Positions 55,901 to 64,000 of a DNA stretch of 64,000 bases are shown piece after piece. The translations under genes were made by a program, and so were the position numbers. The notes under the pieces were generated by a model. The model worked only from the letters and a program-made list of their open reading frames with translations, had not been told where the DNA came from and did no database searches. Source of the DNA: Polyangiales bacterium (GTDB taxonomy: Bacteria; Myxococcota_A; Polyangia; Polyangiales; Ga0077539); NCBI GenBank assembly GCA_044229975.1, contig JBGARZ010000007.1, forward strand, positions 320,001 to 384,000, in the 5' to 3' direction. Every line of letters begins with the position of its first letter. Positions within the stretch are counted from its first letter, which is position 1.

Positions 55901-56825
55901 CGCAGCCGTTGCTCGGGTCGCCGTCGCAGTCGCCGAAGCCGGTGGTGCACGCGTAGCCGCAGACGCTCGCGGTGCAGGTCGGCGTGGCGTTGGCGGCGCC
56001 CGGGCAGGCGCGCGCGCAGCCGCCGCAGTTGGCGGGATCGGAGCGCGTGTCGAGCTCGCAGCCGTTGGCCTGCGCGCCGTCGCAGTCGCCGTAACCTTCG
56101 CTGCAACGGGCGATGGCGCAGGCGCCGGCGCGGCACTCGGGGGTGCTGTTGGGGGCCGAGCACACGCGACCGCAGCCGCCGCAGTGGGCCGTGTTGGTGC
56201 GCGTGTCGACGCAGCCGAGGTCGCAGCAGGTGTCGGTGTTGGGGCAGCTCGTGACGGCGCAGCCGAACGCGCACATGTTGCCGCGGCAGACGCTCCCGCT
56301 GGGGCAGTGGGCGTCCATGGTGCAGCGGACGCACGCGTGGACGGACGTCTCGCAATAACTGAACGCCACCCCGCCATCGCCCGTCGCCGTGGTGCAGCCC
56401 TCGTCGCTGCGGCAGCCTGCGACGCAGGTGTTGGTGACGGTGTCGCAGTGCTGCGTGGCGGGGCACGCGTCGTCGACGAGGCACTGCACGCAGCGACCGG
56501 TGAGTCGGTTACATACGCGCCCGCCGGGGTCGGTGGTGCAGTCGGCGTCGCCGGTGCAGCCCATCGGGACATCGGCGGGGACGTCGACGGGCGTGTCGGT
56601 GGGCGCATCGCCGGGCGCATCGACAGAAGGAGCGTCGACGGTGTCCATGGTGGAGATGTCGACGGGGAGATCGAAGGTGGGGAGGACGAGGTCGTCGGTG
56701 GCAGAGGCATCGAGCGCGGCGTCGGCCCCAGTGGCGTTGTCGGGACCACCGACGACGGACTGACCGAGACAGCCAGCGACGGAGAGCGTCGCGGCGAGCA
56801 GGAGCGAGACGGTTGCGAGCCTCAT
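52980..56825 (-). CDS. Cys-rich repeat lipoprotein with C-terminal RCC1 beta-propellers
   Basis: Lipobox VAGC; NCGACG repeats; many VxCWGxNxxGQLG repeats. Confidence 0.88.
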   Translation of the reverse strand: MRLATVSLLLAATLSVAGCLGQSVVGGPDNATGADAALDASATDDLVLPTFDLPVDISTMDTVDAPSVDAPGDAPTDTPVDVPADVPMGCTGDADCTTDPGGRVCNRLTGRCVQCLVDDACPATQHCDTVTNTCVAGCRSDEGCTTATGDGGVAFSYCETSVHACVRCTMDAHCPSGSVCRGNMCAFGCAVTSCPNTDTCCDLGCVDTRTNTAHCGGCGRVCSAPNSTPECRAGACAIARCSEGYGDCDGAQANGCELDTRSDPANCGGCARACPGAANATPTCTASVCGYACTTGFGDCDGDPSNGCETDLNTTLGSCGACGNACPMPVNGAAACRMGACVVASCTTGFGNCDGADDTGCETDLATATNHCGMCGNACFPGLRCAMGRCYIPCPDGQETCSGRCVVLDNDRNNCGSCGNVCTGGALCGDGRCVATCSTGQVTCAGGCTNTQTDPNNCGACGTVCPTGNACVAGACRVACVAGQTLCSGNCFDLATSGQHCGACGNTCGAGEQCMAGRCTLTCRAPQVVCGAECAELSRDPNNCGACGNVCPTGCFEGACARVDNIEAGTANNCVRYTSGRVFCWGLHAQNSTFANGMLTSAGGAYGHRATPVQLLDPAGVPVEGIQQVAMGSNRGCARLVDGSVRCWGFGQAMGVVAGLPNVTQISGRETNFCGLGVDGQVYCWDGLARLVTAPALLPAVTLGARAVEVRTGGTFTCARFADRTVQCWGTGTSGQLGNGASVNSALVPVVVRGLTDAEELTAGRDFACARRTSGAVVCWGRNAEGQLGDTTTTARNVPVAVTGLTAARTIRAGLRHVCAIATDGTVRCWGDNALAQLGDGTTTNRATATAVPGIASEAFRLAAYDHHSCVVGVDRRVFCWGNNPFGEAGGGTESVPRPQPIQYSGSDLTGLTQIEVGQAINSALMATAQWKCALHMDGRVFCWGNRVNGNEAGQLGRGNTTPGPTPVPVTGLTDATQIAVGWQHACALRRGGTVVCWGSNVFGQLGDMSNTNRSLPVPVVGLTDVVEIHAADYTTCARLTSGQMRCWGRNYYGNLGNGTMIDSNVPVPVMGVTTAVQFSIGSDTHCVRLANTEVHCWGRNLETELGDGFRTNRSIPFPVQSASATATMLISATGFTNVHTDHFRTYGQTSLASTLGWGWTWQARATVQPALADVVFNTRTQVFGEPIDTECEIRTDGQTYCRGRNEFGQIGDGSIGFTVASYVNISRAFSMIRLGRGYGTPCALERSGGRAMCWGWTGNGALLAANVTGNTPRAAEVVMP

Positions 56826-56875
56826 CGACGAACCTCCACAGGCGGGGATGCCGCAGGGTATCGGAGGACGAGGCA

Positions 56876-56956
56876 GGGGACGGTTTCAACTTTTCAACTT
56901 GTTGCAAAGGCCGTTGTCGGCTGCGAGCGACAAGTTGAAAAGCTGAAACCGTCCCC
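56876..56956. repeat. REP/MITE-like palindrome with 30-bp arms
   Basis: GGGGACGGTTTCAACTTTTCAACTTGTTGC ... GCGACAAGTTGAAAAGCTGAAACCGTCCCC; AT-rich relative to the genome. Confidence 0.8.
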
Positions 56957-57018
56957 ACCCGTCGCTCCCCAGGCTGCTGCTAGCGGTCATTGGGGAAGGG
57001 CGGTACCCATCCGTCCCC

Positions 57019-58038
57019 ATGAGAGTTCAGATCGCGCAGTCGGTCGCGTCGGGCGAGCAGCTCCGGGGCTACCTCCAGTCGGTGATGCCGCAGTACGAGC
57101 ACTTCACCCGCGGGGGCAGCGCCTGTGTGGGCAACGGGCTGGCGACGGGCGTGGTGGTGAAGCCCGATGGTCCCAACGCGGTGAAGATGAGCTGGGAGAT
57201 TCCCAACCTCCCGGTGAAGCTGCTGCTCACGCTGTCCATCGTCTTCACGGGCATCCTGCCGGGGCTGTTGTTGTTCGGGCTGGTGTGGATGGTCATCAGC
57301 AGCGACGTCGAACGCCTCAAGCAGGAGGTCGCCCACGCGCTCACCAGCGGTCAGCCCATGCAGCCGGGCATGGCCATGGCCATGGCCTCGCGCCCGTCGA
57401 AGCCGGGCGGGGCGGCGCTGGCGTTCGGGATCGTCCTCGTGCTGGCGTCGCTCGCGGCGTTCGCGTTTTCGTACGACAACTTCGAGGGGGCGAACCGCGC
57501 CGACCGCTACGCCGCCGACGCGTCGAGCAGCTACCGCTCGAACTACGGTCTGAGCCCGTCGTTCTGGTACAGCCGCGCTCGCGTGCGTCGCGAGCAGGCC
57601 ACGATGTCCGCCGCCGTTGGGGTCATGGGGCTCATCGTCGCCGTCGGGCTCTTCCTGGCGCGCGGCTCGAAGGTGCGCGCGTGGGAAGCGCAGAACGCCA
57701 ACGCCGGACCGATGATGTCGATGCCGCCGCAGCAGCCGGGCTTCGGTCCGCCGCCGGGCTACGCGATGCCGCAGCCGCAGTACCCGCAACAACCGCAATA
57801 CCCCCAACAGCCGCAGTACCAGATGCCGCCGCAGCAACCGCAGCAGGCGCAGCAGGGCTACGGGATGCTGCCCCAGATGCCCGGCTACGGAAGCCTTCCG
57901 CCGCAGGCTGGCTACCACCAGCCGCCGGCCCACATGATGCCGCCCCAGCAGCCGCAGCCGCCGATGTCAGGGCCCAACCCGTTCGGGCCCAACCCGCAGG
58001 GCGGTTGGCCTCCCGGTGGAGGCAATCCGCAGGGCTGA
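57019..58038 (+). CDS. Membrane protein with Pro/Gln-rich C-terminal tail
   Basis: Three or four hydrophobic segments; PQQPQY repeats. Confidence 0.7.
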   Translation: MRVQIAQSVASGEQLRGYLQSVMPQYEHFTRGGSACVGNGLATGVVVKPDGPNAVKMSWEIPNLPVKLLLTLSIVFTGILPGLLLFGLVWMVISSDVERLKQEVAHALTSGQPMQPGMAMAMASRPSKPGGAALAFGIVLVLASLAAFAFSYDNFEGANRADRYAADASSSYRSNYGLSPSFWYSRARVRREQATMSAAVGVMGLIVAVGLFLARGSKVRAWEAQNANAGPMMSMPPQQPGFGPPPGYAMPQPQYPQQPQYPQQPQYQMPPQQPQQAQQGYGMLPQMPGYGSLPPQAGYHQPPAHMMPPQQPQPPMSGPNPFGPNPQGGWPPGGGNPQG

Positions 58039-58045
58039 CCCTCGC

Positions 58046-58672
58046 TCACCCCACCGGCGGCGGAGTCGCCTTGAACAGCGGCCCCGGCACCGCGAACACC
58101 GGCCGCCCCGCGGCGTTGTTCACCAGGATCGCGAAGGCCAGGTACAGCGCGATGAGCCCGAGCACGACCGTCGCCAGCGCGATGGGCATCGCGAAGGCCG
58201 TGCTGTGCGTGAGCTCCTTCAGCACGCGGCACGCGAAGAGCACCACGATGTCGGCGAGAAACGCGAACAGCAGCTTCGAGAAGAAGCCAAACGCGTAGCT
58301 GAGCACCACGAAGATCACCAGGAACAACACGTCGACGCTGAGCACGATGCCCGGGTCGGGGACGCGGCCCTCGGCGTAGCCGGAGAGGGTCTGGTAGTTC
58401 ATCAGCCAGTTGAAGGCGAAGGTGGTGAAGAGGGTTCCGCCGAGGAGGTTCTTGTTGGCGAGCGCCATGATGCCCGCGATGAACTGACACCCCGCGCCGA
58501 AGTACAGACAGTAGAACGCCGCCGTCCGAAACCCCGCGGCCGTGAGGCTGTGACCGAACGCGATGGGCAGCAGCGCCGCGCACCCCACCGCGAGCCCGAG
58601 CAGCCCCAGCGGCGTCGACTCGGCAAAGGGGTTCACGGGTGCGGCGGCAACGGCGGTCTTCGGGGTCTCCAT
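58046..58672 (-). CDS. GPR1/FUN34/YaaH (SatP-like) acetate transporter family
   Basis: FAESTPLGLLGLA, GAGCQFIAG, GTLFTTFAFNW; six TM segments. Confidence 0.82.
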   Translation of the reverse strand: METPKTAVAAAPVNPFAESTPLGLLGLAVGCAALLPIAFGHSLTAAGFRTAAFYCLYFGAGCQFIAGIMALANKNLLGGTLFTTFAFNWLMNYQTLSGYAEGRVPDPGIVLSVDVLFLVIFVVLSYAFGFFSKLLFAFLADIVVLFACRVLKELTHSTAFAMPIALATVVLGLIALYLAFAILVNNAAGRPVFAVPGPLFKATPPPVG

Positions 58673-58701
58673 GCCGCAGGAGGGTACACCCCAATCGGCG
58701 A

Positions 58702-60078
58702 TCACCCGCCGAGGAAGACGTCCTGCACCCAGCCGCACGTCCCGCCGTTGCGACACGGGTGGCAGTTCTCCGGGCGCGTGTCGGTGCACGACGCGCCGCC
58801 GCCGTCGCCGTCGCTCTCGGGCGTGAGAATCGGCGCGCCCGACGTGAGCACCTCGACGAAGTCCCACAGCACGCCCTGCGCGTCGCGGTTGTGGAAGTAC
58901 ACCTGCACCCGGTCACCGTCGTGGAGCCACGCGCGCGTGGTGCTGTTCTGCGCCCAGTAGAGGTACGCGCCGAAGGGGTAGACGAAGAAGAAGTCTCTCT
59001 CGCGACCGTTCTCCAGGCAGCGCACCGTCGGGTGCGGCGGGTCGCGCTCGGTGCACGCGTGACCGCGCGGCAGCGTCACCGTGCGCCGCCACGATCGCGG
59101 CGTCAGCGGGCCGCCGCTCATCGCGCCGCACGCCGTTCGGCCGCAGTCGTCGTCGCCCTCGTCGCAGCGGTTGACCGCGCCGCAGGTCGGGTTGGTCCCG
59201 CGGCACGACGTCGCGCGACCACACACCGAGCGCACCTCGTAGTCGGCGCCCGCCGGGCCGAGCGCGCACGGATGATTCGCGTCGTAGCCCGCGAACTCCA
59301 GCGAGCCCGGGGTGACGCCGATCCAGCCCTGCATGTGGCTCGCGCCCTGGTAGGCGTAGCCCCAGTAGAACGATCCGACCGGCGCGCGCAGCGCGGGGGA
59401 GTTGTTGCTGCACGCCGCGCGTGACGGGTTGCCGCAGGTCTCCACCTCGCACCCGGTCGGCGGATCGTAATTGCCAGGGATGGTGGAGAGCCCGACGTAC
59501 GCGCCCACCGGGATGGTCTGCAACACCACGCCGCGCCGCGTGGGGCCGCGCGAGAAGACGGCGCCCGTCCCGTCGTGGTCGCCCGAGTACTGAACCACCG
59601 GGCGCACCACGCGATAGGGGTAGTAGCCCGCGTTGACGCCGCGGGCGCTGAAGGCCTGGTCGATGCCGGAGCAGGTTCCGCCTGCGTTGCCGATGGCCGC
59701 GGTGGTGATGCAGGCCATCACCGACGGTGTCGGCGGCACGGTGATGGGGACATCGACCGCGGGGACATCTACACGCGGCTCGAAAACGTCGACACGGGGC
59801 TCTGGAAGGTCTGCACGGGCCTCGGAAACGTCGACACGGGCCTCGGAAATGTCTGCACGGGGGTCAGAAACGTCGACACGGGCCTCAGAAATGTCTGCAC
59901 GGGGGTCTGGAAGGTCTGCACGGGCGTCGAAAATGTGTACACGCCCGTCGGGGAGGTCGGCGTCAACGCTGGAGAATTCGTCGAAAGTGCCTCCGGCGTC
60001 GTCGGAGGGCGCGGTGACGGCCTCCCCGGCGCATCCGAGGGTGAAAACGATCGCGCAGAGGCAGCGGAGGGAGCGCAT
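58702..60078 (-). CDS. Hypothetical Cys-rich lipoprotein with heptad-repeat linker
   Basis: Lipobox LGC; (A/P)R(A/V)Dxxx repeats; GWI/GWV SH3-like motifs. Confidence 0.7.
   Translation of the reverse strand: MRSLRCLCAIVFTLGCAGEAVTAPSDDAGGTFDEFSSVDADLPDGRVHIFDARADLPDPRADISEARVDVSDPRADISEARVDVSEARADLPEPRVDVFEPRVDVPAVDVPITVPPTPSVMACITTAAIGNAGGTCSGIDQAFSARGVNAGYYPYRVVRPVVQYSGDHDGTGAVFSRGPTRRGVVLQTIPVGAYVGLSTIPGNYDPPTGCEVETCGNPSRAACSNNSPALRAPVGSFYWGYAYQGASHMQGWIGVTPGSLEFAGYDANHPCALGPAGADYEVRSVCGRATSCRGTNPTCGAVNRCDEGDDDCGRTACGAMSGGPLTPRSWRRTVTLPRGHACTERDPPHPTVRCLENGRERDFFFVYPFGAYLYWAQNSTTRAWLHDGDRVQVYFHNRDAQGVLWDFVEVLTSGAPILTPESDGDGGGASCTDTRPENCHPCRNGGTCGWVQDVFLGG
59762..59940. repeat. 21-bp degenerate tandem repeat (about 8 units)
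   Basis: ACACGGGCCTCGGAAATGTCT-like units encoding ARADLPD/PRADISE/ARVDVSD... Confidence 0.75.
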
Positions 60079-60156
60079 CGCGACCGAGGAGAGCCCCGCA
60101 GGGGGCTCCCGGTCAATCGCGCGTGCTGGGAGGGATCGAAGGGAGGAGGAGAGGGA

Positions 60157-64000
<3,844 letters not shown>

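Overview
A very GC-rich bacterial window, most consistent with Myxococcota (Polyangia-like) given its Cys-rich repeat lipoproteins and DUF2169/DUF4150 genes. From left to right it holds: the 5' end of icmF; a putative type II restriction-modification pair; an FG-GAP protein; and a contractile-injection/T6SS-accessory locus. That locus has DUF3540, a DUF4150 PAAR-like protein, DUF2169-pentapeptide, three paralogous stand-alone spike-like proteins, a pentapeptide protein, and a VgrG that stops right after its OB-fold. Next come MerR + VIT-vWA, a family B DNA polymerase and a trypsin-like protease. A ~650-bp non-coding cassette follows, with a promoter, an AGG/CGA-rich leader ORF, three tRNA or tRNA-like genes (two with C33/G37 anticodon loops) and an unassigned structured RNA. 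The right half has a His-rich metal-resistance cluster with a P1B ATPase, an HNH pair, SGNH-SGNH-MBOAT O-acetylation genes, an HTH-only LysR facing map across an ATAC-N7-GTAT operator, MDR oxidoreductases, an HD / sigma-region-4 / nucleotidyltransferase operon, two MITE/REP-like inverted repeats and several large Cys-repeat surface proteins. The strongest novelty candidates are the split-VgrG / three-spike-paralog system and the leader-peptide + atypical tRNA cassette. All family assignments come from motif recognition by eye; no database search was run.
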